NCBI GenBank assembly: GCA_013265495.1
Contig: MU058645.1
Location: 186,001 to 250,000 of the forward strand
Direction of reading: 5' to 3'
Length of the DNA: 64,000 nt
Source: Vicugna vicugna
Lineage: Eukaryota
Shown here: one piece after another, positions 1 to 14,577 of the stretch
How positions within the stretch are numbered: the stretch's first letter is position 1
Layout of the letters: each line of letters begins with the position of its first letter
Translations under genes and position numbers: made by a program
Notes under the pieces: generated by a model
Databases searched by the model: none
The model's input: only the letters and a program-made list of their open reading frames with translations
What the model was told of the DNA's origin: nothing

Positions 1-397
1 AACAGGTGCCTACTGCTAGGGCTGAGCCAAGGCAGATGATTAGACCAGAGAGACCCCGACACTCAGCAGGAAGCCACAGCACAAGGTTTAGCGCTTGTCA
101 GTGTCATCAGTGACACAAGGTGTGGGTCTCTAAAGAAAATCAGCAAGAATGCTGGTTGGTGGCATCGTGGATGGCTGCATTTCCTCTGAGATCTTCTTCA
201 GAGCACGGTTAACAGAGGGTAAGCACTTTTAGAAGATGGAACATAAAAGCCACCAGATGGAATAATAAAAGCTACTTCACATCAGATTTGTCCATTTGAG
301 TGACTGTCTCAGAGTTGCATGCGTTTTCACCACTTAGAAAAAAATATGAGGCGCTCTCCCATAATACTCTTCTCTTCAAAACAAAACAAGAAGATGT

Positions 398-530
398 CAC
401 ACACACACACACACACACAGAGACATGCACATGCACACACACAGACACGCACGTACACACACAGAGACACACACACATACACACACAGACACACACACAT
501 ACACACACACAGACACACACACACACACAG
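398..530. repeat. Imperfect (CA)n microsatellite
   Basis: Direct CA-dinucleotide run with occasional GA/TA/TG interruptions; explains the HT/CV-rich ORFs here. Confidence 0.98.
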
Positions 531-699
531 AAGCGTCTACTAACCAGACTGTGGTAGAAGCACTTAGCCTAGAGAATTTAGCCGCAGGGAGAGGTCTCCT
601 TGTTTCTTTCCCTTACCAACTTTTTGTTTAATAAATGTACTTTGCTAATGCTCAATTCCATGGAGTTCGTGCTAGAACATAAATATATATAAAACTTAC

Positions 700-1150
700 C
701 ATGAATCATAGATTCACAGAATTACTGGGTTGGAAATAATCCTAGAACTACACTTGTTAAGCTTGGATTTCTTCCACCCTGAGTGTCTCGTCTGCATCTA
801 ATACCAGGAGTATTAGGAACAACACATTTTCTCACGGGGTGGCTGTGTCTGTAAGAAGGTTTTTAAATTCAGTCAAAGTGCACCTCCCTATACGTGACAC
901 CTCACTTGCGGGTAACTGACCTACTTCTTAGGACAACGCAGAAGGCTAATTCCCGTGTGCACAGCAGACTTTCATATTTCTTATTCCTCCCAAGTGAACT
1001 TTTTTACCAACAAAACTTATTTCAACAGCTTCTCATAGGACAAATGTGTTGCTTCATCACTCTAGTGTTGGTATTTAAAGTATGTTCCAATTTTCCTACC
1101 TCCGTCTGCAAGTGTGTTCTGTGACAACAATCACTGTGCATGCCAGAATT
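700..1150 (-). mobile_element. Ancient CR1/L3 LINE 3' fragment
   Basis: gaatcatagattcacagaatt...gggttggaa and ttcaacagcttctcataggaca...tccaattttcctacc resemble the reverse complement of the CR1 3' end. Confidence 0.6.
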
Positions 1151-1311
1151 AGCAGGAAATATTCACAAGTTCTGTTTTAAATCTCCTCAATGATCTGATA
1201 ATTGGTGTTTCATCTCCTAAGATGCTTTCCCATGTAGAAAAATCAGAAATAACTGAGAGAAGGAATAGATTTTACAGAGTGAGATGTTGCATTTCTTTGG
1301 CGTATGTTAAC

Positions 1312-1455
1312 ATTGTTGTTCATTCACTCCTTTATAAGTTTATTCACTCATCAATTTATTCATTCATTAGAAATGTAACAAAGTTATATGCAAGGTTTAT
1401 GAGATACGTAGCGAAGAATCAGTCACCAGTCCTGGTGCCAAGAATCACAGTCATT
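1312..1455 (-). mobile_element. L2 3' end fragment
   Basis: cattca-type repeats (ttcattcactc...ttattcattcatt) followed by gagatacgtagcgaagaa, typical of an antisense L2 tail. Confidence 0.5.
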
Positions 1456-3682
1456 AAGAAACATAAGGAATATTATGGAAGTAGGGAGTTTGCTGCAGAA
1501 TGTAATTCGTGTAACTTGACTCCCTAAGGTTGAATGTCATGGGTTCTGACATCGACAGCTTATTTCTAGGTGGGAGTCAGCTGTATTCTCTTACGTTAAG
1601 ATTGTTATTCAACTTAATGTTGAATGATTATATATGTATATATTATACATACAATAATATATATATATATTTTAAGCAGTAAGCTCTCTTTGATTTGGTA
1701 GTAAATTATTCAAGCTGGACATTTTGTTGTAAAGGGGAACACATCTTTTAAAGTATATTGTATTATATATTGACATTTTTGTAATCATAATCTGTAAGTA
1801 TATGTAAAGCTAAATATAGAAAGTTTAGTAAATAAAATACTAAATTCTACTTTGTATGGTACGTTCACTTCACAGTTAATGAGAAGTTATCAATGCTGAT
1901 ACGTGCACTGGTCCTAATGAGCCCTTGAAATTTATTTTCTACAATCCAATCAAACAAAACCAAGTTGTACTGGGGAGATACAGTGTATCCAGACATGCAG
2001 ATAGGTAGATTTACATTTATTCTTCCCATAAAAGTTTACAAAGTGGGTATTATTAGTCCCGATATTACAGAAAAAGTTAGTCCAATTGTAGATGTGTTGA
2101 ATCACCGACTTTGCCATTTTATAGCCAGTAAGTTCCAGATCCTATTCTGACGTAACTTCAGGCAGACATGAGTTAAATGTTTTATATTTTCAGATAGCAT
2201 TTTCCTTTTTCATGCTTACCAAAATGGCTCACCTTGCCAGAATTACTTGAGAATTGTAGGATATGCAACCAGAAAAGGGGCCATTTACAGGTGCTTCTGT
2301 CACAAGGATTATGATGACCGACATCCGTGTTTATAACTAAGGCTTAGAGGAGGCACATGGTGTGGTCATTGCTCTGTGTCTAGAGGCTCTGACAAGGACA
2401 TCACCGTTTGGCCTTTCTTATAGATGAAAACCTGAAGCTCACACATCCACCAAAGTAAACTGGGAGGGCCCGAATCACATTCTATCCAAAGGCAGCCTTC
2501 GTGAAAAATTACTGTAAAGCATTTAATGCTCAGATTTTTTTTTTAAGGTTTGAATGTTAGTCGTGAAAATAGAAGTACAGATTTGGTATCGCTTCAGGCT
2601 CTGCCTTCTTCAATGTATGAGGATAATGAAGTTAGTGTCTGTGCTTCCGGAAAATGGATGATGACGTCCACTATTGATCTGGGGACAGGTAGAGAACAAC
2701 ATTATAATAATCCATCCCAGCCAGCTTGACCTTTTACTGTTCTGGCCTTTATCTTGAGTGGGAGGAAAAGGAAGAATAAAAAAAAGCGCCTCTGTGAGTG
2801 GAGGCTGACGCAGGACTTGTCACATCCCTGGGCTTTATTATTATTTATCATGAAAGCACAGTGATCCATCAAGCCATTAATCTCATTAGAGGCCTGCACA
2901 TCAGCGGGACAGACCATGGTGAGGCTTCAGAGGACCTGCGCAGCAATAAACTTTAAGCACGCTTCAAGGTCTTTATAGGAAAATGGGCCTGCAAAGCAGT
3001 GAAGGGACTGCAAGTATCAGTCGCAGCTCAACCGTCACCTCTGTGAGGGTTTCTGGGATCTTCCTACTTGTAATCGATTGCGCCTTCCTACATCCTGGGC
3101 CTCAATTATAGGTCATAGACTATAATCAGGGAATGTTAAGCCTGCGAAGGCACTTAGAATTAAGTGACACCTAACGACACAAGCTCATTAGAGGCATGGG
3201 GCCTTGTCACAACACCTGTCTCCCCCAGCAGAATGTAGCTGCTAGGTATTAAACCTGGTCCTCCCGACTACCTCTGCAACAAGCACTTCATCACAGAATA
3301 TTAATGAATAAGACGGTCCGGGTGAGAAAAGCAGACCAGATAAAGAAGAGAGTTGTGCACAGCTGAAAGCAGCCTTCATGCTCTGGCATGGATGAAAAGG
3401 CTGCTGGAGGAGGAGGCAGGAGTCTATGGGCACACGGGTGAGGCAGCTGGCCATCAGAGAAGGGGCGTTCATTCTGCGCAAAAGCAGCAGCGAATCTTCA
3501 GTGCAGGCTCGGGGTTATTCAATTTAAAAATATTAAACTGGCTCTATTTCCACACTCATGAAGAGCACGGTTGCTCATTCTGCCGATCTCTAAACTGCAT
3601 CTCTTCATGATGACGATCATCTTTATATCTCAAAGATGTCATTTGCATGTACACAGTGGATCTGTAACAAGCATGAAGCCCT

Positions 3683-3895
3683 GTTGCACAGTGTTTAAAG
3701 TGTAGCAGCTCGTGCCAGCAGGCGAGGTTCAAGTCCTGACTCCATCAGTTACTCACTGTGTGACCGGGGGCTGTCACATTGGTAAATGAGGATCATAATA
3801 GCAGCTACTGGAGGAGTAAGTATTAGAGCAAACAAATGCACTGCGAAGAACTTCAAGACTGTGCACTGGTCAAGAATTAGATACAACACCAAAGC
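3683..3895 (+). mobile_element. MIR SINE
   Basis: ggttcaagtcctgactccatcagttactcactgtgtgacc...gtaaatgaggatcataatag matches the MIR core. Confidence 0.75.
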
Positions 3896-3939
3896 ATGAA
3901 CACAAAAAGCGAATAAAATAACTTCAGAAGGCACTACCG

Positions 3940-4868
3940 AGGAAATGAGAAGATAAGTCACATACAGGAAGAAAACACGTACAAGGCATTTACCTGATAA
4001 ATAACTTATATCCAAGCTGTAGACTGCACTTAAGACAACTCAACAATAAAAAAGACAAATAATTCAACTAAAATGGGGAAAAAAGATGTGAATGGATATT
4101 TCACTGGAGAAGATATTGTATTGGCTAATAATGCATGAAAATGTGCTCAAATGTGTTGCAGGGAAGCGCACATCAAAGAGTTACCACTTCATGTCTGTCT
4201 GCTAGGAGAACCATAATGAAAAAGACAGAAAACCCCTACTGCTCTGGAGAATGAGGAGACATGGAAACTCTTGCATATTCCAGGTAAAAATATAAAATAT
4301 TACAACTGCTTTGGAAACAGTGTGGCAGTTACTTAAAAATTTAAACACACATTCCCACACCGAGGAATCTACCCAAGAGAAGTGAAAATGTATGTCTACA
4401 CAAAGAAATGTAGCAACGTTATTTATAATAACCCCAAAGTGAAATAATCTAAATGTCCATCAGAGGGACACACAAGATATGGTATGTTCCTAAAATGACA
4501 TACTATTCAGCCACGAAAAGGAAAGAAGTACCACTACATGCTCCAACATGGATTAACCTCAAAACTATTATAAGTGAAAGTAATAGAAACCAGAAATAAA
4601 TATATATATGAATGGAATACATGAATCAATTTATACAAAATACATCGAAAATGCAAATATAGAGAGACAGAAATCAGATCAATGGTGGCCTTGGGCTTGG
4701 ATTGATAGCAGGTGATAACTGCAAAGAGATTCGAGGAAATTTTTGAAATGTCCTAAAACTGTTGTAATGTTTGCACACTTTACAATTTTAGTAAAATAAT
4801 TTAATTCTACACATCAAATATGTGAATTTTACACTGTGTAATTTATCCCTCAATAAAGCTTTAAAACA
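3940..4868 (+). mobile_element. Old L1 (L1MB/ME-type) ORF2 end and 3' UTR
   Basis: caactcaacaataaaaaagacaaataattcaac...atctacccaagagaagtgaaaatgtatgtctacacaaag...aaatgtccatca...cctcaataaagct. Confidence 0.9.
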
Positions 4869-5489
4869 TACATTCATGAAACACGAGTAGAAAATACTAC
4901 AAAAAGCATTACTTACTCTTACGTGTCTATTAAGGCTCCTAAAAATAGGAATATACACACGTTCTAACATATGACAATAACAGCACAAGACTGTTGCCTA
5001 GATGGAGACTTTACAGTAACTAAGAGGCTACATGTGAATCGCCCAGATCCACTGCGTGTTACATAGGTTTTTAAATAAATGCTAGATATGAGTAGTTTTT
5101 ATTTTTCAACTATTTTAATAATTATTTGATATGAATATATGTACAAGCATGTTTATATCCATTTTATATACTTAAGTATATTCCATTTGATTGAATTCTT
5201 TCTCTTAGCTCAAAATTAGATTTTTCTTGTCACTCGAATATAGTTCACAAAATTGCACACTGATCGTTCATTTTAAATTATCACAGCCCCATTTTTATTT
5301 TTATACAAATTATTTTCTAATAAATTTCATTCTTCCTTAATATTATTTCTATTTTTACTGTGAACCATATGATTGAAACAGAACAGGGTAAAAATGTTTA
5401 AGAATGGTTTGAATGGTTGAAGAGTAACAGAATAATAAAATTAGAATATTATTAGTAACTTGCTAGCTCTTGCTTGCCCCTGCAAACCC

Positions 5490-6360
5490 CAACTGACAGA
5501 GTTCTCCCTGGAAGCAACTGCTCTTCTGGTTCTTGTGTTAATTATCCCTTTGTGGTTCTCGACAACTTTAATGGCTGAGTGTGTATGTGTGTGTGTGTGT
5601 GTGATTTAAAGACATGTAATTTAGTTTTGATTTTGAACTACGTGCATGTGGAACCACGCTCTGTATTTTTTTTGACTTTTCACTCAACCTTGCATGTTTG
5701 AGTTTAGTACATGTTATAAGTAGTCAATCTACTTTTATTTTCACTGATAGAATTCTGTTGAATGGATACTTTGCAATCATTTATTCATTAGATAGATGAC
5801 GTAGGATGTCCCAAGTTTTGTTCTTACAGATGCAGCTATGAACATCATTGTATGCCTTGTTGATATACATGGGAAAGCGTCTCTATTTTACTGCTGAGTT
5901 GTTGGATAGATACATGTTCATATTTGCATGTTAATGCTGAACCATTTTCCTCTTTGCTTGTATCATTAACATGCCAACTAGCTATGCCAGTGAGTTCTTA
6001 TTCCACAGTCCCGCTAACATTTGATATGTTGAATACATCTTAAATGTTTTGCCAATTTGGAGCATGTGGAATGGAAGTCCATTATATTGTTAATTTGCAC
6101 TATTCTGTTTCTTAATGAATTTGAACATATTTTCCAATGTTGATTAACCATTGAGTCTCTTCTATTGAAGATTTATTTCTAGTAATTAATATTAATAAAA
6201 TGGTTACTAAAATAATTTACTTAAATATTTTCTTGTTTATTATTGATACAGAGAAATATATACTTTTGAATCTCAAGCTTTTATCCAGAAATTTTGCTAA
6301 TTTCCCTTATTAATACTATTAACTTTCCTGTAGATTATTCAGGATTTTTTAGAGACAACA
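5490..6360 (-). mobile_element. Degraded L1ME-type fragment
   Basis: T-rich antisense L1 3' motifs (gcagctatgaacatcattgtatg; ttgaacatattttccaatgttgattaaccatt). Confidence 0.6.
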
Positions 6361-7324
6361 GTTTTGTCTTTAAAAGGAAGGGGTAGTATCGGTACTGCTG
6401 TGTCCTTTCTATTCCTATTATTTTCCTCCCTCCTTGACGTACTGCACTTGCTAAAATGCACAAGTTAATGAGAAACAGAAGTGATGGGACAAGCACTTAG
6501 CGTTGTTTACATGAAGTCTTGAAGAACATGTTCTTTTATGTATTTAATAGGTTATCATTCCAAATGTTTCTTTAAAAGTGCCTTATTGTTTGCTTCCTTC
6601 CTTCTTTGCATTATATTGCCTTTCTGTAACCACCTTCCCAATTTGATGCTTAGCTTATTAAATTGACCATTTTCTCATTTAAGGCTTAAGAGTATAATTT
6701 TGTCAATAGATAATGCTGTAAGTACATGCTGGAAGTTTTTCTGTGTTCTATTTTTGGTAAAGTCCTGTCCCCAAGATTTCTGATTTTCATAATTATGTCT
6801 CGAATTCATGAGTTATGTAGAAGTGTTTTCCTTAGTTTCACAACATACGTGAACTTTCTGGATGTTGAAACTGAGAGAGAAGATATGGTCTACATGGCAT
6901 TGGATCTTTGAAATTAGTTCAGCACCTAATGCTGTTTGAGGTTGATGTAGTAATTGATTCAGTAGATGGCATTCTTCCTCACGTTAATTTTGAACCTATA
7001 CCCTAGATATCAGTTAGGACAACTGTAAGATTAATACATAGAAGCAGTGAGCTTTCACAGTACAGTGGTATTGCCGACAAAACACGAGATGTAAGTCGGC
7101 AAATATGAGGTTTAGTGCAAGTTGACACACTGATAACTAACAGATCCAAAGACTCAATCTTGTTCTGTCTCCAAAGCCCACACTTTTATTGACGATGCAA
7201 TACTGCTTCTCAATTTAGCAAATATTCTGTTTATACTCATTGTTTAATTCTATCTATAATCAGTTGATTTAATAGTCTTCCTTCTGAAAACCTGACCACA
7301 CCCAGTCAGTAATCCATATTTTTA

Positions 7325-10300
7325 ATCAAACTTTTTTATTTTGAGGTCATTGTAAATTCACACACAATTATAAGAAATAATGCAGCGATAGCCTGAGTAC
7401 CCTTCACCCAATATCCCCCACTGGTAACATCTTACAAAACTATAGTGCAAAATCACAGTTAGGATACAGGCATTGGTGTGGTAAAGGCTCAGAACATTCC
7501 ATCACTGCAAGGATCCTTCACATAGCCATTTTGTAGCTATATCCTTTCCTCCCTCCACTTCCACCCCCTCCTTAACAACGTGGCAACCACTAATTGTTGC
7601 AGTTTGCAAAATATTCTCATTTTTAAGAAATGGTATAATAAATTGAATCATACAACATATCAACTTTGGAGATCTGCTTTTCCAATCAGCATAAGTCTCA
7701 GAAGATTAATCCATATTATGTATGTAGCAATGGTTTTGTTTGTTGGTTTTTGATGAGAATTTTTAACAGCATGAATGTACCACAGTTCATTATGGCTCTT
7801 CACCCACTGAAGGATACCTGGGTTATTTCCAGCTTTTGACTATTACAAATCAAGTTGCTATAAATGTTCAGATGTAGGTTTTTGAATAATCCTAAATTTT
7901 TATTTCTCTGGAATAAATGCCCAGGAATTCAATTGCTGTGTTGTATGGTAGTTGCATGTTAATTTTTAAAGAAATTGCCGTTCTGTTCTCCAGAGGGGCT
8001 GCAGGATGTCATGTTTCCACCAGGAATGTATCAGTGATCCAGGTCCTCCTTATTTTCTCTGCTATTTGACATGGTCACTATTTTGTTTAACTGATTAATT
8101 TAAGCTACTGTTATAATTAAGTAATGAAACTAATTTTGATTTTAATTTATTTCCCCAGTAAATAATGATTTTGAACATATTTTAGTCTGCTTTTATTGTC
8201 ATCTGTATATTGTCTTCAGTGAAATGTCTCTTCATATATTTTGCCTATTGGATTGTTTGTTTATTTTTTTTCACTTTTGAGTTTTGAGAGTTCTTTGTAT
8301 ATTCTATATGCTAGTCCTTTGTTACATGTGTGGTCTGCAAATATTTTCTTCTACTCTATAATTATTTTTATCCTCTTAACAGGTTATTTCACAGAGCAAA
8401 ATTTTTTTAATTTTGCTGAAATCAAATTTATCATTTTTTTCCTTCCATGGATTGTGCTTTAAGTGAAAAGTTTAAGAAATCTTCCTATCTCTATATTGCG
8501 AAGCTTTTTCCTATAATTTTTTTCAAAAATGTTATATTATGTTTTCTATTTAAGTCAATCAATTTTGTCTTAGTTTTTGTATAATGTGTGACTTCAGATA
8601 TTTTTCAGGTGAAGTTTCGTTTATTTTGACTATAGGTGTACAATTGCTCCACAACCATTTTTTAAGAAGGCCATTTTCCTTCCATTGAGTTTCATTTAAC
8701 TTTGTCAGAATCAGTTGTGCATTTTGTGTAGCTCCATTTCTGAGTTTTCTGTTGTGTTCCATTGGTCTTTGTGTTTATGCCTCCTCCAGTAGCACACAGC
8801 CTTGACTAACATACCTATATAAGAAGTTTTGAAATATGGTAGACTGTTATCTCCTATTTTTTTTCTTCCTTTTGAAAATTATTCTTACTGTTCTAGCTCA
8901 TTTGACTTTCCATATAAATTTCAAAATATTGTCTATACCTATAAAAGATTTGTTGGTATTTTGATACAAATTGTGTTACATCTACATATCATTTTTGGTA
9001 GAATTTACATTTTTATTTTGTTGAGTCTTTCAATCCATGAACATAGTATGTTTCTCTCTATATTTAGATCTTTTCCTCAGCATTGTGTGGTTTTCCGCAT
9101 ATAAGATATGCATATGTGTTGTTAGATGTGCATCTAAGTAGTTTGAGTGATATTAAATGGTATTAAATATTTTCTTGTGTCTTGAAATCGTGCTGAACTG
9201 CTGAACTTACTTTATCATTCTAGGGCTTGGTTTTTAGTGATTCCTTGAAATTTTTTTACATAGTCAGTCATGTTATGTACAAGTAGGAAAGTTACATTTC
9301 TTATTTCCAACATGGATTTTTAAAAAATTTCCTTTCTTAGCCATATTACATTGATTTGATCTTCCAGCACTATGCTGAATTAAGAGTAGTGAAAACAAAC
9401 GTCTTTGACTTGTTCACTATTTTAGGATAAAAACCATTCATATTTTTCACCTTTAAGTATAATCTTAACTGTTGGATTTTTGTGGGTAATTTTTCAGTTG
9501 AAAAGGTTTCCTTTTATTCCTATTTTTTGAGTGTTTTTACCATGAATGAATGTTGAATTCTGTCAAATGCTTCTTCTGCATGAATTGTTATGATTGTTTG
9601 ATTTTTCTTTTGTAGCCTGTAAATATGGTGAAATATATTGATTTATTTTTGAATACTGAACTGGCCTTGAATTCCTGAACTAAACCCTATTTGGTCATGA
9701 TGTGTAATTTATTTCAAATATTGTGGAATTTTGTTTGCCAATATTTTGTTAACCTACATTCATAAGGTTTCTTGAGATAGTTTTCTCTTTCTTTGTCTGG
9801 TTGTGGTATGATGAAAATAGGCACTTTGCAAAATGAATTGTGAAGTATTCTCTCTCCTTCTAATTTCTTGAAGAAATTGTATAGAACTGTGTTAATTTGT
9901 TAAACATTTGGTAAAATTCTTCAGTGATACCATCTGGTCTTGAAGATCTCTTTTTTTGGAGAGTTTTAAGATTACAAATTCGATTTCCTTGATATTCATA
10001 GGGATAATAAAAGTATCTTTTTTTATATTGAGTGATTTGTGCTAATTTTTTTGAATACTTAGTCCGTTTTGTCTATGTTATCAAATTTGTGTGTTTAGAG
10101 TTGTTCATACTATTTCCTTATTATCTTTTTTAAAAATTGAAGTATAGTCAGTTACAATGTGTCAATTTCTGGTTTACAGCATAATGCTCCAGTCATGTAT
10201 ATGTATACACACATTCATTTTCATATTCTTTGTTATTAAAGGTTATTACAAGATATTGAATATAGTTTCCTGTGTTATACAGAAGAATTTTGTTTTTAAT

Positions 10301-11692
10301 CTATTTTTATATATAGTGGTTATCATTTGAAAATCTCAAACACCCAAATTTAGCCCTTCTTACCCCTTTCCCCTGGTAATGATAAGATTGTTTATTATGT
10401 CTGCAAGTCTGTTTCTGTTTTGTAGATGGGTTCACTAGTGTCCTCTTTTTCCTTTCTTTTTTTTTTTTTAGATTCCACATGTAAGTGATATCATGTGGTA
10501 TTTTTCTTTATCTTTCTGGATTACTTCACTTAGAATGATGATCTCCATGTCCATCCATATTGCTGCAAATGGCATTATTTTCTTCTTTTTTATTGCTGAG
10601 TAGTATTCCATTGTATAAATATACCACAGCTTCTTTATCCAGTTATATGTTGATGGACATTTAGATTGCTTCATGTCTTGGCCATTGTATAGAGTGCTGC
10701 TATGAACACTGAGGTGCATGTCAGTTTTCTGATTAAGAGTTCCCTCCAGATATATGCCCAGGAGTGGGATTGCTGGATCATATGGTAAGTCTATTTTCAG
10801 TTTTTTGAGGAATCTCCATACTGTTTTTTATAATGGCTCTACCAAACTACATTCCCACCTGCAGTGTAGAAGGGTTCCTTTTTCTCCACACCCTCTCCAG
10901 TATTTACAGTTTGTGGACTTTTTTAATGATGGCCATTCTGACTGATGTGAGGTGATACTTCATTATAGGAAACCATAAGCAAAACAAAAACACAACCTAT
11001 GGAATGGAAGGAAGTATTTGCAAATGATGCAACTGACAAAGGTTTAATTTCCAGAATATGTAAACATGTCCTACAACTTAATAACAGAAAAATAAACAAT
11101 CTAATCCAAAAATGGGCAGAAGACCCAAACAAGTAATTCTCCAATGAAGACCTACAAATGGTCAATAGGCACATGAAAAAATGCTCAATATCACTAATTA
11201 TCAGAGACATGCAAATCAAAACTACAATGGGATATAACCTTATTATCTTTTTGATGTCTACAGGGTCTGCAATGGTATCCACCGGTTCATTCCTGAGCAC
11301 AGCCTGGCAAGAGTGACAGTCTAGGCTCCTTGCCTGGCCTTTGCTGCCGTGGATGGGGTTGCAGCCATGTTATCTTCTGTGGTGCTTGTCTGGAGTAGGA
11401 AGGCCACTGCCTGGGTTTCTGCCTTGCTCAGACCTGCAGGTTTTGGGGGAAGCTTATTTTTGTCTAGGTGCCTTGGTGATCCTGTTTCTGACCTTCTTCA
11501 GCTCCAAGTCTGGGATATTTGAGGCAAAAAGAAAATTCAGGTAACTAATCGTTGTGCCAAGTGTTCCAAGGTCCCTGGCAAGTCTGCCTTCATTTTTCTG
11601 CCTTTCAGAAACCGATGTTTGTCTTATGTATAGACTTAGAAGGAGGAATAGAGAAAAGTCCAAATACTCTATCTTCCCAGACATGGAATTTC
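7325..11692 (-). mobile_element. Old L1 (L1MC/MD-type): 3' end, ORF2 and 5' UTR-like end, internally deleted and interrupted by a younger L1
   Basis: Antisense 3' end at 7325 (gagtacccttcacccaatatcccccactggtaacatcttacaaaactatag), continuous ORF2 antisense to 10130, resumes 11253-11296, then 5'-UTR-like sequence ending ctatcttcccagacatggaa. Confidence 0.8.
10131..11237 (-). mobile_element. Younger artiodactyl/camelid L1, 5'-truncated with 5' inversion (twin priming)
   Basis: Antisense L1 3' end 10131-10968, sense ORF2 segment 10969-11235, perfect 15-bp TSD ccttattatcttttt at 10116-10130 and 11238-11252. Confidence 0.93.
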
Positions 11693-13945
11693 CTATTTGC
11701 TTTTATTTTGAATCAGTGATGATTTAAATGTCACTTACTTAAACATTTGTACCCATTGTTTATATCATCTCTGAAACACTCTCCTGACTTACTTCTGACT
11801 GACTATGATTATTCACAAAATCCTGTTTTATCCTGGGGCAGCCCTTTACTAAAATATTCTTCCATATGTTATTAGAAATTTTAACTAAGAGGGTTTTATT
11901 TCGTGTTTAGAAAAAGAGGAAAATGTCATAGTTAGTCTCATCATTTGTTATTTCAAATTTAAAATTAGAAATTTTTCTAGGGCAAATTCTACTGCACAAA
12001 CTGCTTAACATAAAGTGTATTCTTAAGTGGTTGAGGTTCATTTCTTACTTTATTTCTCAGAGTGAAGTATTCTTCTGTGATCTTTATCATGGAAGGAACA
12101 TTCTAAGGGTTCTTTTTTTCCCTGCCTCAATGGTAGACCAGCCTTATGATCTGGGCAGAAGTAATGTCAAGTGACAAATTATTTTATTCATGACTTTATA
12201 AATCAAGTGAAAGAATGTATTGCTTGCTCTAATAGCACTGCATGCTTGTTATAATGTGTTATTCATTCATTGTGAACTATGTTGAGTCTTCCAATACATC
12301 TTCTCTGTTTGTGGTATACTCTGCAGTTTTATCCAAGGTTAAGTGTGTGTGTATATTTGTTACCCACTTTTAAACCACTCAGAAATAAAATTTACAACTT
12401 TCAGTAGCTTGGCACCAGTGTTTATTGAAAACACAGGCTCATAAGCTAAAAGCTACCATTGTCTATATACTTTTACTCTTTTTTGTCTTTCCCAACAGTG
12501 ACTAACTCTGTCAGAGTTGGCTTTATTTGTACACAAGAGAACAAACAAAAATAGGTTTTACATACTTGAGTAGGTACAAAGCAATATATTTTATGGTAGG
12601 AAATGTATAGCTTTTCTGAATTCTAACAATAAAACTTTGACACTAGTTTACACAAGCCACAAAGAAGTCAAGAACAGAAAATGTCACATTAAAAAAGGCA
12701 CTGTATTTTATGTAGCTTTTGAATTCAAAACCTAACCCAAGGGCAATACAAATTAGTATGGTTTCAAGTAGGAACAAGAAAAGGTAATTATGAAGTTGCA
12801 AAGAACAGGTGGTCCGTTTATACTAGTAATCTCAAAATGGACGGAAAATAGTTGAATCAAGAGGAAAAAAGCTGTGCTAGATGATGTTGAGTGCTAAGGA
12901 GAGGATTTTTAAATAATCTACCCTAATGGCCAGAGTTAGGTAAGCTTACAGGATCATGAAAAAAATGGAGAGATAAAGCAAGGAAGTGCTTACATGACAG
13001 GAAAGCCATAAAAAATCATTAGGAAAGATTCCAACTTTAGTTAAAAAGAAGCAGGAATAAATGGTTCCCTTCTTCTCTGCCACTAATTTGAGATTTCATA
13101 CCGTTTGATTCCTAACAGTAAGCATGAAGTTACATTCGTCTGCCTTCAGTCGGACAATCGTGTGGCCACCTGACACAGGTCATCTGCAGTCACACAGAAG
13201 CTGCTGGGTGACTTGAATAAACTTCCATCCTCATTCCCCATTCAAGGGCTTCCACTACTTCTGTTTTCCCTAGAATTATACTAGAATCGTGCTGTCCAAA
13301 CCAGTATATTGGTCTTCGGGATGAACTACAGCAAGGAATGGTCTTAACTAAGAGCGTGAGGAATGGAGAGAGGAGTGTTTCTGCTTTCTTCAGATTTTTG
13401 CAGAGGCTTTAGGAGCGGTGGCATCACCCCAGAAACAGAACGTGTATACATGTGAGATATTTTGTGGAGGGGCAGAGAAGGAAAGGACTATAGAACAGAA
13501 GATCTGGTTCAAATGAAACACAGGATAGAAGGGGCACCAGAAAGAGATGTTTCACTACCTCCACTTTGAGAAGAGGGGCCTCCCACCTTACCTTTCAGAT
13601 TCTACAGCCTGGTGCAAAATCTTTTGGCAAAGATCCTCTGGTTATTTTTCTTTCAACACAGAAGTAAGTTTGTAATTAAAAAAAAATCTTAGTAGAACCC
13701 GGAGAAAGACCAACACACTGTATTTTCACAATCAGGTCCACCTCAATGGCCAGCTGCTCTCCCAGTGCTCCCTCCACCTGCATCACACCCCGTGGCTTGG
13801 GGCGGGTCCCAGGCTCTGGAAGGAGACAAGGTGGAAAAAAGCCATGTCCTGCCTCGAAGAGGTTCCCTCCCACAAAATGTAGCAGCTTTGGTGTGCGTGC
13901 ATCAGTTTTGCCTCAAGCTCTATTTTTTTTTCACTCACACAAGAA

Positions 13946-14577
13946 TGTTGACACAAATAATCAATGAATAATCTATCATAGGCATAGAAAAGAGTTTTAC
14001 TCAAGCCAAACTGGGGATGATAGCCTGGGAAACACAGATTCAGGAAGCACCTGAATTGTGCTCCCCTGAACTAAAAAAAAAGGGGGTAGTTTATATAGAC
14101 AAACACTGCAAAACTACACATGTTGTTTGTCAAGAATTAGGACTGCAGGTGGCAAAAAGTAATAGTGTTTGTTAAGCAAGGATTGGTTGGGGTCTGAAAT
14201 GGTTGCATAGTTACAACGAGAGACCTGGAGACCTTCAGGATGCAACTGGCAGCTGCTGGTAGATATTATCTTGAAAATGGCTGGTGGTGTCCTTGAGTCT
14301 GATACAGTTCAGAAAATTCAAGACCCCAGGGAGGCAGGAACACGTCTGAAACCACATCCACATGGCTACTCGGCTCCATTTTAAGTGTCTGAGCCACAAC
14401 TACTCCATTTTCACTTTTCAATGCATTATTTTCTTTAATGGTTAAACCAGATGTGCAATGCATGTTTGGCAGGCCATGACACAGGCTCTCCGAATTAGCG
14501 TAAAGTTCAAGCCAAATCATGTATGAGCCAGAATGACTAACTTGTGCTTCAATACGTGAAAATTTCCTCCATTAAAA
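13946..14577 (-). mobile_element. Solo ERV1-type LTR
   Basis: Begins tgttgac, with a degenerate antisense poly(A) region (gagttttactcaagcc) and TATA-like tttatata; ends aatttcctccattaaaa, resembling laurasiatherian LTR 5' ends. Confidence 0.65.

Noticed and set aside
272..631. ORFs rich in HT/CV repeats (also 24861-25464)
   Set aside because: Translation artefacts of (CA)n/(TG)n microsatellites.
10923..11300. 125-aa ORF
   Set aside because: Chimeric antisense reading across the inverted L1 junction.
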